A stretch of 63,235 nt of DNA, counting the filler, from Octopus bimaculoides (Eukaryota): assembly GCF_001194135.2 (NCBI RefSeq). It is 5 parts of 5 records of this genome, joined end to end, with 100 filler letters (N's around TTAATTAATTAA, not from the genome) between each part and the next. Parts side by side here need not be neighbours in the genome. Positions count along the whole stretch, not along the records: positions 28,243 to 57,231 come from NC_069001.1; 4 more parts are not named here. One strand, 5' to 3'. Each line of letters begins with the position of its first letter. Position 1 is the first letter of the stretch. The position numbers were made by a program, and so were the translations under genes. This document shows, one piece after another, positions 37,741 through 50,602 of this stretch. The notes under the pieces were generated by a model. That model worked only from the letters and a program-made list of their open reading frames with translations, did not search any database and had not been told where the DNA came from.

Positions 37741-38491
37741 AGAAATATTTGTTCAGCTTACCTTCCAGGAGGACCACTCATTGTGCACATAGATGGATTA
37801 TGATCTGGCAATCTGGACAACAAAGAAAGAAAGAAAGAACGAATGAACAGATGAATAAACAGGGAGACAGCTGATACTTATAAACAGGGTTCAAATATTG
37901 GTTTCGTAGTTCGAGAGTGGGTGGGGTAAATTCAAGGCGGTGCCCCAGCATGGCCAAAAGGTAAAAGAAAAAACTGAAAGAAGCCTGTTGTATACATATA
38001 TATATATATATAATGTATCTTTTACCATTATATATATATAATGTATTTGTGTGTCTGNNNNNNNNNNNNNNNNNNNNNNNNNNNNNNNNNNNNNNNNNNN
38101 NNNNNNNNNNNNNNNNNNNNNNNNNNNNNNNNNNNNNNNNNNNNNNNNNNNNNNNNNNNNNNNNNNNNNNNNNNNNNNNNNNNNNNNNNNNNNNNNNNNN
38201 NNNNNNNNNNNNNNNNNNNNNNNNNNNNNNNNNNNNNNNNNNNNNNNNNNNNNNNNNNNNNNNNNNNNNNNNNNNNNNNNNNNNNNNNNNNNNNNNNNNN
38301 NNNNNNNNNNNNNNNNNNNNNNNNNNNNNNNNNNNNNNNNNNNNNNNNNNNNNNNNNNNNNNNNNNNNNNNNNNNNNNNNNNNNNNNNNNNNNNNNNNNN
38401 NNNNNNNNNNNNNNNNNNNNNNNNNNNNNNNNNNNNNNNNNNNNNNNNNNNNNNNNNNNNNNNNNNNNNNNNNNNNNNNNNNNNNNNNNNN

Positions 38492-38532
<41 letters not shown>

Positions 38533-39109
38533 TATATATACACATATATATAAATATATATATATACATACATACATACATACATATATATATATGTACT
38601 CACACATGTGCATGCACAGAGACACAAATACAAATTAGATTAGCTGAAACACTTTTAGCATGTTTGAAATCCATGATAGATTTCAGAAATCTTCCGAGAA
38701 GATGTTAAAAGCTTTTGTGTAGAGTTATCCTGCTGTAGAAGTTGAGATCTGCCATGCACACACACACACATACACATTTATATACATCTATGCTCACATA
38801 CTCTACAAACACGCACAAACACACATACACACACGTGGCTATATCCATAGGTATCACGCATATGCATAAACACTCACACCTATACATCCATGTGCATATA
38901 TGCGCGTTCTCTGTGCATTTCTTTTGAAAACTAACCAAATACAATTCTTTGAAAACGCTTTCCGAAATTCCATGCAGTTTGGTTACATGCAAATAAACTT
39001 GCGTTAACCGAGACAAGAATAAACATGTATACAACGCACATGCATATACATTCATATACACATACATATACATATACACACATGCCTACATCCCTACATG
39101 CATACACAT

Positions 39110-39560
39110 GTAAGAGTGTTAATTGACCTGCACTGGTGCATTACTCCACATGTAGCAAAGCTAGTTGACTTGCAGTAGTGTGTTAGTCTACATGTGGCAC
39201 AGTTAGTTGACTTGCAGAGGTGCATTAGTCCACATGCAGCAGTGTCAGTGTACTTACAGTGGTGTGCTAGCCCACATGTAGTAGCCATAGTTGACCTGAA
39301 GTAGTGTGTTGGCCTACATGTAGCAGTGCAATAAAACACATGTAGCAGTGTCAATGCACTTGCAGTGGCATGTTAATCCACAGATAGCAATGTTGGTTGA
39401 CTTAGCCCGCATGTAGCACAATCAGTTGATGTGCTGGCCTACATGCAGCAGCGTGACAGAACACATGTAGCAATGCTAGTACATTTGCAGCAGTGCGTTA
39501 GTCCACACATAGCAGCGTTAGCTGACTTGCAGTGGTGTGTTGAGCCACATGCAGATGATG
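39110..39560. repeat. Degenerate 42-bp minisatellite with a ~135-bp higher-order duplication
   Basis: Unit gttgacttgcagtggtgtgttagtccacatgtagcagtgtta recurs about 9-10 times. Confidence 0.88.
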
Positions 39561-39714
39561 GCATGCGAACTGAGGCAGATTTCGTTGCTATTTCTAGCAT
39601 GTTGAAGAACCACATGGAGGAGGCGATGGGATTTTATGCAACTCCACAGTTGGCAGAATATTTATTCCAACATCTTTGACATGCAAACCGAGATTCCGTT
39701 TCTACAGACATGTA

Positions 39715-40095
39715 TTGTGCAGTGGCAGCAGTAACAGCACCAATTGCTGTTGTTGTTGCTATTGTTGTTGTTGTAGCTGTGGTGGGGATGATGATAATGG
39801 TGGTGGCTGTGGTTTTATCGATGGTAGCAGTGGTGATGATGGTGGTGGCGATGGATGTGGTGGTGGTAGAAGTGGAGATGGTGGTGATGGTGACAGTGGG
39901 GATTATGATGGCTGCAATGGTGGTGGTGGTGGTGGCTGTGGTGGTGGTGATGGCAGTAGTGGTGAGAGTGACGGTGGTGGTGGTGGTTGGTGTGGTGGTG
40001 TGATGAGGGTTGTAATGTTTCTTGTGGTGGCGGTGATGGTGGTGGTGATGATGATGGCAGTGATTGTTGCTGGGGTGGCGGTGATGGTTGTGGTG
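39715..40095. repeat. (GGT/GAT/TGT)n low-complexity array
   Basis: Direct inspection. Confidence 0.9.
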
Positions 40096-41531
40096 NNNNN
40101 NNNNNNNNNNNNNNNNNNNNNNNNNNNNNNNNNNNNNNNNNNNNNNNNNNNNNNNNNNNNNNNNNNNNNNNNNNNNNNNNNNNNNNNNNNNNNNNNNNNN
40201 NNNNNNNNNNNNNNNNNNNNNNNNNNNNNNNNNNNNNNNNNNNNNNNNNNNNNNNNNNNNNNNNNNNNNNNNNNNNNNNNNNNNNNNNNNNNNNNNNNNN
40301 NNNNNNNNNNNNNNNNNNNNNNNNNNNNNNNNNNNNNNNNNNNNNNNNNNNNNNNNNNNNNNNNNNNNNNNNNNNNNNNNNNNNNNNNNNNNNNNNNNNN
40401 NNNNNNNNNNNNNNNNNNNNNNNNNNNNNNNNNNNNNNNNNNNNNNNNNNNNNNNNNNNNNNNNNNNNNNNNNNNNNNNNNNNNNNNNNNNNNNNNNNNN
40501 NNNNNNNNNNNNNNNNNNNNNNNNNNNNNNNNNNNNNNNNNNNNNNNNNNNNNNNNNNNNNNNNNNNNNNNNNNNNNNNNNNNNNNNNNNNNNNNNNNNN
40601 NNNNNNNNNNNNNNNNNNNNNNNNNNNNNNNNNNNNNNNNNNNNNNNNNNNNNNNNNNNNNNNNNNNNNNNNNNNNNNNNNNNNNNNNNNNNNNNNNNNN
40701 NNNNNNNNNNNNNNNNNNNNNNNNNNNNNNNNNNNNNNNNNNNNNNNNNNNNNNNNNNNNNNNNNNNNNNNNNNNNNNNNNNNNNNNNNNNNNNNNNNNN
40801 NNNNNNNNNNNNNNNNNNNNNNNNNNNNNNNNNNNNNNNNNNNNNNNNNNNNNNNNNNNNNNNNNNNNNNNNNNNNNNNNNNNNNNNNNNNNNNNNNNNN
40901 NNNNNNNNNNNNNNNNNNNNNNNNNNNNNNNNNNNNNNNNNNNNNNNNNNNNNNNNNNNNNNNNNNNNNNNNNNNNNNNNNNNNNNNNNNNNNNNNNNNN
41001 NNNNNNNNNNNNNNNNNNNNNNNNNNNNNNNNNNNNNAGGGGGTAAATAGAAGAATATAATTTTAAAAAAAGAACGAAAAAAACCCCACAATTCAAAGAA
41101 ACTTATAACACACATACACACACGAAAACTATCCATATCACAACTCCATACATCGTATGACAAACACATACACACACACATATGTTGTGTGTGTGTGCGT
41201 GTGTGTGTTGAAAGCCGCCACAGCGGTGCGTCAATTACCAAAGACTTGGAATTACTGCAGACAAATTCATTTCCTCCATCAAAAAGAGGTGTGGAGGTGA
41301 GGTGGGGGAAGAAAGTAACAGCAACAACAAAAACAGGAAAGATTAATACAGAATGGAGATTTTAAACACCAAGGAAAATAAATAAATAATGTGTATACAC
41401 ACACATATATATATGTATATGTGGGTTATATGTATATTTAAATATATGTGTGTGTGTGAGAGTGTGTCAATGTAACCAACTAACCCCAATCTCCCAAAAT
41501 TTCAGGCCTTGTGCCTATAGTAGGAAGGCTT

Positions 41532-41700
41532 AACAACAACAAGGCAGCAACATTGGTGAACAAACGAACGCAGAGAGATACAGGAACTGTACCAAATTCT
41601 GGGTCCTAATACAGCAGCAATGACAATAGGGGAGGTGATGGGGCTGAGGGAAAAGTCATAGTGCTACTAAGAACAATGACACACACACATACACACATGT
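41532..41700 (+). repeat. ~170-bp segment repeated identically at 42482-42650
   Basis: acaacaacaaggcagcaacattggtgaac ... cacacatgta, identical by eye. Confidence 0.92.
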
Positions 41701-41736
41701 ACACAAACATAGATGCAAACGCATCGTATATGTAGT

Positions 41737-42085
41737 GAAACTACCTCCCGCCATTAGATAGAAACTACTATCGCCATTACATACAATCTTCTCATTTAAA
41801 TATAAATAAATGCGAGCGTAGTAGAGAACCCATTCCTTGTCCATCACGTGACTGATCATTATTCGAATCGGCAACTTCTTCGAACCTTTCCCGCCAGAAC
41901 GCAAACTGACCAATCACGGCCCCTAATAAGGTCACGTGATAGAGTAAAATTCTAAAGGCATTTGGAGCCCTCTTAACGCTATATATAGATCAACTCATAC
42001 CCAATAATTTGTCTCGGTCCAGTTTCTCTTTGAGAACTGTTCCGTGTACCACACGACAGCAGCAGCAGTTCCAGCGACCACTTCA
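41737..42085. promoter_or_regulatory. CpG-rich promoter-like motif cluster
   Basis: TCACGTGA at 41844-41851 and 41932-41939; E2F-type TTTCCCGC at 41887; CCAAT at 41910; CTATATATAG at 41979-41988; direct repeat gaaactac..cgccatta at 41737 and 41761. Confidence 0.6.
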
Positions 42086-43081
42086 NNNNNNNNNNNNNNN
42101 NNNNNNNNNNNNNNNNNNNNNNNNNNNNNNNNNNNNNNNNNNNNNNNNNNNNNNNNNNNNNNNNNNNNNNNNNNNNNNNNNNNNNNNNNNNNNNNNNNNN
42201 NNNNNNNNNNNNNNNNNNNNNNNNNNNNNNNNNNNNNNNNNNNNNNNNNNNNNNNNNNNNNNNNNNNNNNNNNNNNNNNNNNNNNNNNNNNNNNNNNNNN
42301 NNNNNNNNNNNNNNNNNNNNNNNNNNNNNNNNNNNNNNNNNNNNNNNNNNNNNNNNNNNNNNNNNNNNNNNNNNNNNNNNNNNNNNNNNNNNNNNNNNNN
42401 NNNNNNNNNNNNNNNNNNNNNNNNNNNNNNNNNNNNNNNNNNNNNNNNNNNNNNNNNNNNNNNNNNNNNNNNNNNNNNNNNACAACAACAAGGCAGCAAC
42501 ATTGGTGAACAAACGAACGCAGAGAGATACAGGAACTGTACCAAATTCTGGGTCCTAATACAGCAGCAATGACAATAGGGGAGGTGATGGGGCTGAGGGA
42601 AAAGTCATAGTGCTACTAAGAACAATGACACACACACATACACACATGTATCACTCACATACACACTTTTCTTTGTACGACGGCCTGTCTTTGATTATGT
42701 TATTATGTCGCATTCACACTCTCACACAGACATACATCTTTAACGCTATAATAAATATCTCTGTTATTCATCTAATACGGTTGTGGTCTTTCATTACTGG
42801 TCATCTATGTTATCGTCGCATAACATATCACGTATATCATCTTTGATATATATATTGTATGTTCGACCGTGTGACGCGTTTAAATAAAAGGAGTCCTCTG
42901 TTTTTCCATTCGTCACCATTTCTCCTTTTATGAGTTCGCACGGTCGTCCCTTACATATATAAGGATACACAGAATGAAATAAGTAGAGTAAGAGGACATG
43001 TGAAGACAAAAAGTTGTTTTTGTTTCAGTTATCTGATTGCAGCTTGACATGTATCTACACAAACACCCACAAACAATTGCA

Positions 43082-43470
43082 GGAGTGGCTGTGTGGTAAG
43101 TAGCTTGCTTACCAACCACATGGTTCTGGGTTCTCATCCCACTGTGTGGCACCTTGGGCAAGTGTCTTCTACTATAACCTCGGGCCGACCCAAGGCCTTG
43201 TGAATGGATTTGGTAGATGGAAACTGTAAAAAGCCCGTCGTATGTATATGTGTGTGTGTGTGTGTGTGTGTTAGTGTGTATGTTTGTCCCCCATCATCAT
43301 TTGACAACTGATTATGGTGTGTTCACGTTTCCGTAACATTAGCGGTTCGGCAAAAAGAGACCGATAGAATAATTACTCGACTTACAAAGAATAAGACCAG
43401 GAGTCGATTTGTTCGACTAAAGGTGGTGCTCCAGCGTGGCCGCAGTCGAATGACTGAAACAAATAAAAGA
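43082..43470 (+). mobile_element. Full-length SINE family C, young (CpGs intact)
   Basis: ggagtggctgtgtggtaagtagcttgc ... gcaccttgggcaagtgtcttc ... gtcgatttgttcgactaaaggtggtgctccagc. Confidence 0.92.
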
Positions 43471-43948
43471 GAGGCATGCATGCCCCCACACACACATATA
43501 CGCATGATGAAGAGCTTCAGTTTGAAGACAAATCAACGAACACTATATACATATATATTTAATTAGTAACAAACGAACCTATTTATAATTACAACTTCCA
43601 TTCCACTCCCTCATCGGATATATTTAACAATCTATCATGTATGTTTGCATGTATGTATGTATATATGTGTGTGTGTGTGTATATATATATTTATATAATA
43701 CACACATATATATAGATACATTTATATACATACATATATGCATACACACACACACGCATATATATATATACATACACACATATACATATGCATGTATTAC
43801 ATATATGTACATATACATATATATATGCATACATATATGCACATATTTATATATACATATATTTATACATACATACATATATATATTCATATAAATATGT
43901 ATATGCATACACACACACACAAATACGCTCACACGTATGTATATATAA

Positions 43949-44011
<63 letters not shown>

Positions 44012-45139
44012 NNNNNNNNNNNNNNNNNNNNNNNNNNNNNNNNNNNNNNNNNNNNNNNNNNNNNNNNNNNNNNNNNNNNNNNNNNNNNNNNNNNNNNNNN
44101 NNNNNNNNNNNNNNNNNNNNNNNNNNNNNNNNNNNNNNNNNNNNNNNNNNNNNNNNNNNNNNNNNNNNNNNNNNNNNNNNNNNNNNNNNNNNNNNNNNNN
44201 NNNNNNNNNNNNNNNNNNNNNNNNNNNNNNNNNNNNNNNNNNNNNNNNNNNNNNNNNNNNNNNNNNNNNNNNNNNNNNNNNNNNNNNNNNNNNNNNNNNN
44301 NNNNNNNNNNNNNNNNNNNNNNNNNNNNNNNNNNNNNNNNNNNNNNNNNNNNNNNNNNNNNNNNNNNNNNNNNNNNNNNNNNNNNNNNNNNNNNNNNNNN
44401 NNNNNNNNNNNNNNNNNNNNNNNNNNNNNNNNNNNNNNNNNNNNNNNNNNNNNNNNNNNNNNNNNNNNNNNNNNNNNNNNNNNNNNNNNNNNNNNNNNNN
44501 NNNNNNNNNNNNNNNNNNNNNNNNNNNNNNNNNNNNNNNNNNNNNNNNNNNNNNNNNNNNNNNNNNNNNNNNNNNNNNNNNNNNNNNNNNNNNNNNNNNN
44601 NNNNNNNNNNNNNNNNNNNNNNNNNNNNNNNNNNNNNNNNNNNNNNNNNNNNNNTATGCATAGATAGATGTGTTGCAGGGCGCCTCGGTGCTGCGTTGTG
44701 GTCAAAGTTCTTGTTTAAACCTCAGTCTGTGACCCGCTTTCAACTTGCTTAGCAACAACAACAACAACAAAAACAACAACAACATCACAAAACATAAGAA
44801 ACAATCACAACATCCAAACACATTCTAGATTTTTCTCAGATGTCAAGGCGAGCTAATGAGCAGAAATCGGTACAATCTGATATGTTATCCCACAAAGTAC
44901 TAGAAAGAGTAGACAAATATCCCTTAAATACAATCCTAAGGTATTGAAACAAAAAAAAAAAAAGAAAGAAAAAAATAATAAGAAAATTAAGGGCGCATTA
45001 GATAATGTAGTCCTAGGTACACTTTGTCCAAATAAGAAAAAAATGAGATTAGAAGATGCTTGAGGTGGGAAAAGTTTTGATTGTAACTCTAATGGATCAG
45101 GGCTGACTTGAAGTCAAACAACAACAATATATGTGTATA

Positions 45140-45335
45140 TATGGGTGTGTGGTAAGGAGCTTGCTTTCCAACCACATGGTTCCAGGTTCAGTCCCACTGC
45201 GTGACACCTTGGGCAAGTGCCAGCTTTTGTCTTTCTCTTGGATAATATTGCTGACGTAGAGAGGAGAGGCTGGTATGCATGGATGACTGCTGATCTTCCA
45301 TAAACAGCCTTGCCCTGACTTGTGCCTTGGAGGAT
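45140..45335 (+). mobile_element. Chimeric SINE: family C head plus family E 3' part
   Basis: gtgtggtaaggagcttgc..ccacatggttccaggttcagtcccactgc joined to ggtatgcatggatgactgctg..cttcc, as in 29790-29850. Confidence 0.65.
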
Positions 45336-46570
45336 GATTTTAATTGGAATTTTCTACAAACACTAATTGGATGGTGTAGATTATGATGAAATCAGAATTT
45401 GGTTTGAACAAACAGAAAAACCTCGGGAGTGTTGGTGGGTAAGGGCAGATAGTTTTACTTTGTTTCCTCCTATGTCTTGAAGAGGCAGGTAGATTATCAC
45501 ACACACACACACACACCTACCCCAACTCACCTCATAAAATTTTTTTCCTCCCCTACCGCCCCACATCAAGTTCTGACATAATCGTACTGTATTCTATACT
45601 GTCTGAAATGTATTTGTAAGAAATTTAATTTAAAAAAAACATAATAAAACAAAAAAAAACAAAAAAAAAAAAACAGAAACAAAAAACAAAATCCATTTTC
45701 CAGAAAGTTCTGAGGAANNNNNNNNNNNNNNNNNNNNNNNNNNNNNNNNNNNNNNNNNNNNNNNNNNNNNNNNNNNNNNNNNNNNNNNNNNNNNNNNNNN
45801 NNNNNNNNNNNNNNNNNNNNNNNNNNNNNNNNNNNNNNNNNNNNNNNNNNNNNNNNNNNNNNNNNNNNNNNNNNNNNNNNNNNNNNNNNNNNNNNNNNNN
45901 NNNNNNNNNNNNNNNNNNNNNNNNNNNNNNNNNNNNNNNNNNNNNNNNNNNNNNNNNNNNNNNNNNNNNNNNNNNNNNNNNNNNNNNNNNNNNNNNNNNN
46001 NNNNNNNNNNNNNNNNNNNNNNNNNNNNNNNNNNNNNNNNNNNNNNNNNNNNNNNNNNNNNNNNNNNNNNNNNNNNNNNNNNNNNNNNNNNNNNNNNNNN
46101 NNNNNNNNNNNNNNNNNNNNNNNNNNNNNNNNNNNNNNNNNNNNNNNNNNNNNNNNNNNNNNNNNNNNNNNNNNNNNNNNNNNNNNNNNNNNNNNNNNNN
46201 NNNNNNNNNNNNNNNNNNNNNNNNNNNNNNNNNNNNNNNNNNNNNNNNNNNNNNNNNNNNNNNNNNNNNNNNNNNNNNNNNNNNNNNNNNNNNNNNNNNN
46301 NNNNNNNNNNNNNNNNNNNNNNNNNNNNNNNNNNNNNNNNNNNNNNNNNNNNNNNNNNNNNNNNNNNNNNNNNNNNNNNNNNNNNNNNNNNNNNNNNNNN
46401 NNNNNNNNNNNNNNNNNNNNNNNNNNNNNNNNNNNNNNNNNNNNNNNNNNNNNNNNNNNNNNNNNNNNNNNNNNNNNNNNNNNNNNNNNNNNNNNNNNNN
46501 NNNNNNNNNNNNNNNNNNNNNNNNNNNNNNNNNNNNNNNNNNNNNNNNNNNNNNNNNNNNNNNNNNNNNN

Positions 46571-46601
<31 letters not shown>

Positions 46602-46661
46602 TATATATATTGATAGAGAGACAGAGTGGGAGAGAGAGAGACATAGGTGTATACATACATA

Positions 46662-47504
46662 TGAGGTGGTATCAAAAAGTTCCCGGACTAGTTCTGGAGC
46701 ATGCCAACAGATGGCAGCACACGTTTGCATGTGCAATGAGAGCCAGCGGTGATCTTCCTGAAGCAGTGTACTGAGTGACATTGCTGTTTTTACCTCACAA
46801 GTTGTGAAATTAGTGTTTTTGTGATCATGTGTATGTTGTAGTCTGCAATTTTGTCATGGACAGGAACGAAGAGTCAACATGAAATTTTGTATTAAATTTT
46901 GGAAGTCTGCTACAGAGACATTGGGTATGCTTCGGCAAGCTTACGGTGACAGACAATGGGTCATACACAATGTTTCAAGTGGCACGGGCTCTTCAAAAGC
47001 AGAAGGACAACCCTGGAACATGCCGAGTGATCTGGAAGATCTGCCACGAGCATTACCCCAAGAAATGTGGTATTGTGTATTCAGAATTTGTCCCCTCCCA
47101 ACCCCACCAGGGCCAGACCATCAATCGAAAGTTCTATTGCGGCATTCTGTGGAGCACGAAGAATTAGATTCTTCACAGTGACAATGTATCCTGTCACCGA
47201 GCTCTAATCAACATGGTATCACCAGATTTAGCATCTGTGGACTTCCATCTCTTCCCCAAGATGAAAAATGCAGCTCAAACGGTCACCGTTTTAACACCAT
47301 TGTCCAAAATCCAGAGCAAATCGCAGAAGATCTTTGACTTACAGAAAACGACCTCCAGGCTGGATTCCAAAAGTGGCAGCAACACTGGGATCTTTTTATT
47401 GCTGCACAAGGGGATTATTTCAAAGCAGATGAGATTAAAACTTAGGTAAATAAGTTAGTTTATATCAAACATGATTAGTCTGGGAACCTTTTGATACCAC
47501 CTTG
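46662..47504 (+). mobile_element. Internally deleted mariner transposon with both TIRs
   Basis: TIRs tgaggtggtatcaaaaagttcccggactag / ttagtctgggaaccttttgataccaccttg. Peptides MKFCIKFWKSATETLGMLRQAYGD (HTH), PGQTINRKFY, HSDN and SPDLASVDFHLFPKMK. Confidence 0.93.
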
Positions 47505-47512
47505 CACATAAA

Positions 47513-47600
47513 TCATAAATTTATGATGATTTGGTGCTAGCGACTAAGTCATAAACCTATGATGATTTGGTGCTAGTGGCCAGGTCATAAATTTATGATA
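47513..47600. repeat. 36-bp tandem repeat, ~2.4 copies
   Basis: cataaa..tatgatgatttggtgctag recurs. Confidence 0.85.
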
Positions 47601-48004
47601 AAAGTCTTGTATTCACACTAGTACACAATACAACCATATAAACACAAATAATTAGTACTGTGTGATTTTACAACACTAAAATACAAATTTTAATTAACAA
47701 AACAAAAAATAGAGAGCCCTGTTTTTTAAAGCCCCTTTCAAGTAAGATTGTGTTTTGATAAAGAAAAACACAGACATCTATTAACATTATCAAAGATTAT
47801 TTATCAATTTAAAAAAAAAAAAAAACTCTATTGAACATAACTTTGTCTAACGTAGATGTCTGCTAGTCTCTTTGATGTGTCTAAAGATTAATTAAGGATG
47901 TGTGTATATATCTATATATATATATTTGATATTAGAAACTATATGATATGGTATATAAACACCAAAGGTCAGTGGGAAGCAGTAATAGAAGTGTCTGTGT
48001 AAAT

Positions 48005-48310
48005 ATCATCATTATCATCATCGTCACCGTCATCATCGTCACCCTCATCATCATCATTGTTATCATCAATGTCATCATCGTTGTCACCATTGTCATTGTC
48101 ATTGTCATCATCATCAATGTCGTTGTTGTCATCATCAATGTTGTCGTCATTGCTATTGTCATCATTGTCCATTATCAGTTGTCATCATCGTCAGCATTGT
48201 TGTCATCATCATCAATGTCGTCATTGTTTTATCATTGTCATCATTTTCATTACAGTTGGTGGCATCATCATCATCATCATCATCACCAACATATTTGTCA
48301 TCGTCATTAT
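48005..48310. repeat. (CAT/TGT)n low-complexity array
   Basis: Direct inspection. Confidence 0.9.
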
Positions 48311-48983
48311 CTTTCAATGTCCATTCTCTACACTTACATAGGTCAGATGGAATTTATCAAGGCAGATTTTTGTACGGTTGGATGCCTTTCCTGTCACCAG
48401 CCAAGGAGAAGTTCATTTCTCTGCTGGCAGACATGTTTTCATGGAAGATTGGTAACAAACGGTGCTGCTTGTATAACTGTGACACTCATTCACAAGTATC
48501 ACATGCTGTCACGACAAGGTGCCATAAACATACACACAAACATACACATACACACTCATACACACTCACACACACATATATTTAAAAGGAATGTAATAAT
48601 ACTTTATGAAGGATATATCATAAACAATGAATAATTATTAATGAATATTAATGGCCAAACATGTAATCATAAATTACATAAAAGAAGAGTGTTTATAATT
48701 ATGAATAACTCACAATTATAATGGAGAGGGTTTCAAAAACCCTTACATGTTTAGAAATAGCACTCATATNNNNNNNNNNNNNNNNNNNNNNNNNNNNNNN
48801 NNNNNNNNNNNNNNNNNNNNNNNNNNNNNNNNNNNNNNNNNNNNNNNNNNNNNNNNNNNNNNNNNNNNNNNNNNNNNNNNNNNNNNNNNNNNNNNNNNNN
48901 NNNNNNNNNNNNNNNNNNNNNNNNNNNNNNNNNNNNNNNNNNNNNNNNNNNNNNNNNNNNNNNNNNNNNNNNNNNNNNNNNNN

Positions 48984-49330
48984 GAACCAGATGGCTGCAC
49001 CAGGCTCCAATCTGATTTGGCAGAGTTTCTAAAGCTGGATGCTCTTCCTAATGCCAACCACTCCGAGAGTGTGGTGGGTGCTTTTACGTGCCACCGGCAC
49101 AAAGGCCAGTCAGGCGGTACTGGCAACGGTCACGCTCAAATGGTGTTTTTTACATGCCACCTGCACAGGAGCCAGTCCAGCGGCACAGGCAATAACATTG
49201 CTTGAATGTTTTTTCACGTGCCACCAGCACAAGTGCCAGTAAGGCGACGCTGGTAACAATCACGCTCGAATGGTGGTATTTACATGCCACCGGCATGGAA
49301 GCCAGACAGCTGCTCTGGCAATGATCACGC
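48984..49330 (-). mobile_element. RTE-tail element (family D) with four ~65-bp tandem units
   Basis: ctggatgctcttcctaatgccaacc tail plus units starting ac(g/a)tgccacc at ~49086, 49152, 49216 and 49281. Confidence 0.85.
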
Positions 49331-49711
49331 CTTTCAACCTTTAGGGGTGGATAAAATGGTATCGGCTGTGTGCTGGGGTCAATGTGATTGGCTAGCCCCT
49401 CCCCACCAAATATCAGGCCTTGTGTGTAAAGTGGAACATTTTTAGGTTTCTTTTATTAGACAGAGGTGAGTTCATGGATGGAGTTAAGGGTACCAGGTTA
49501 GAAATTGAAGGACGAGTAAAAGAGTATCTGGGCAATCAGTTACGGGTGGCAGCAAGGTCAGATCTGATGTAGACATTCAGTTTGGTCGGCTCTTCTGTTT
49601 GTAGGACACTGACCATACAGTGGTTCTGCTGTTGGCAAATACACACACATACACACACATGCAAATATATAGAGTGGACCAAAAGTCATGCACCAAAACA
49701 TTCGACATTTT

Positions 49712-49935
49712 ATTTCATCATCATCATCGCCGTTGTTGTCGTTTAACGTCCTCCTTCCATGCTGGCATGGGTCAGATGGTTTGACAGGAGCCGGCCAGGC
49801 AGAAGCCTGCACCATACTTCTGTGTCTGTTTTGGCATGGTTCTTACAGCTGGATGCCCTTTTTAACACCAACAACCCTGCAGAGGTGGGGCTGAGTGCTT
49901 TTTACGTGGCACCAGTACAGGCAAAGTCTACTTTT
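49712..49935 (-). mobile_element. RTE-tail element (family D)
   Basis: catcatcatc..gtttaacgtc..ttccatgctggcatgggt ... acagctggatgccc. Confidence 0.85.
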
Positions 49936-49941
49936 ACAGCT

Positions 49942-49995
<54 letters not shown>

Positions 49996-49999
49996 TGAA

Positions 50000-50177
50000 A
50001 AGAGGTAATTTGATGTATTTATATACATTAGAAACTATGTGCATTGATTTATACACATACTGGAAACGTAAATTGATGTAAGTATACACAATGACTCTGT
50101 ATGTATTGGTGTATCTATACACTCATAAATTGTGCATATTTGTGTGTGTGTATATACACTCCTAAACTGTATGTATT

Positions 50178-50213
<36 letters not shown>

Positions 50214-50428
50214 CACTCCCATGAGTGTGTATTGGTGTGTATATATGCACTCATAAAGTGTGGGTATAGATATGTGCATAGATGCTAAAATCTGTGTGTA
50301 TTGATGTGTATACACACACTGGAAACAATGTGCATTGATGTGTGTTCAATTTCAAGTGTTTGCATATACAGAGAGGAATCTATAATCTGTGAGGCATGTG
50401 TATATTTGAGTGTTTGTAAGTGTGCACA

Positions 50429-50473
<45 letters not shown>

Positions 50474-50547
50474 TGTTGAAACATGCAGTTAAGTGAAATG
50501 TGTGTGAGGGTATGTGGTGAAATGTACTTTTAAGCTTNNNNNNNNNN

Positions 50548-50602
<55 letters not shown>

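Noticed and set aside
41865-41892. Heat-shock-element-like TTC/GAA cluster
   Set aside because: Spacing does not fit nGAAnnTTCn.
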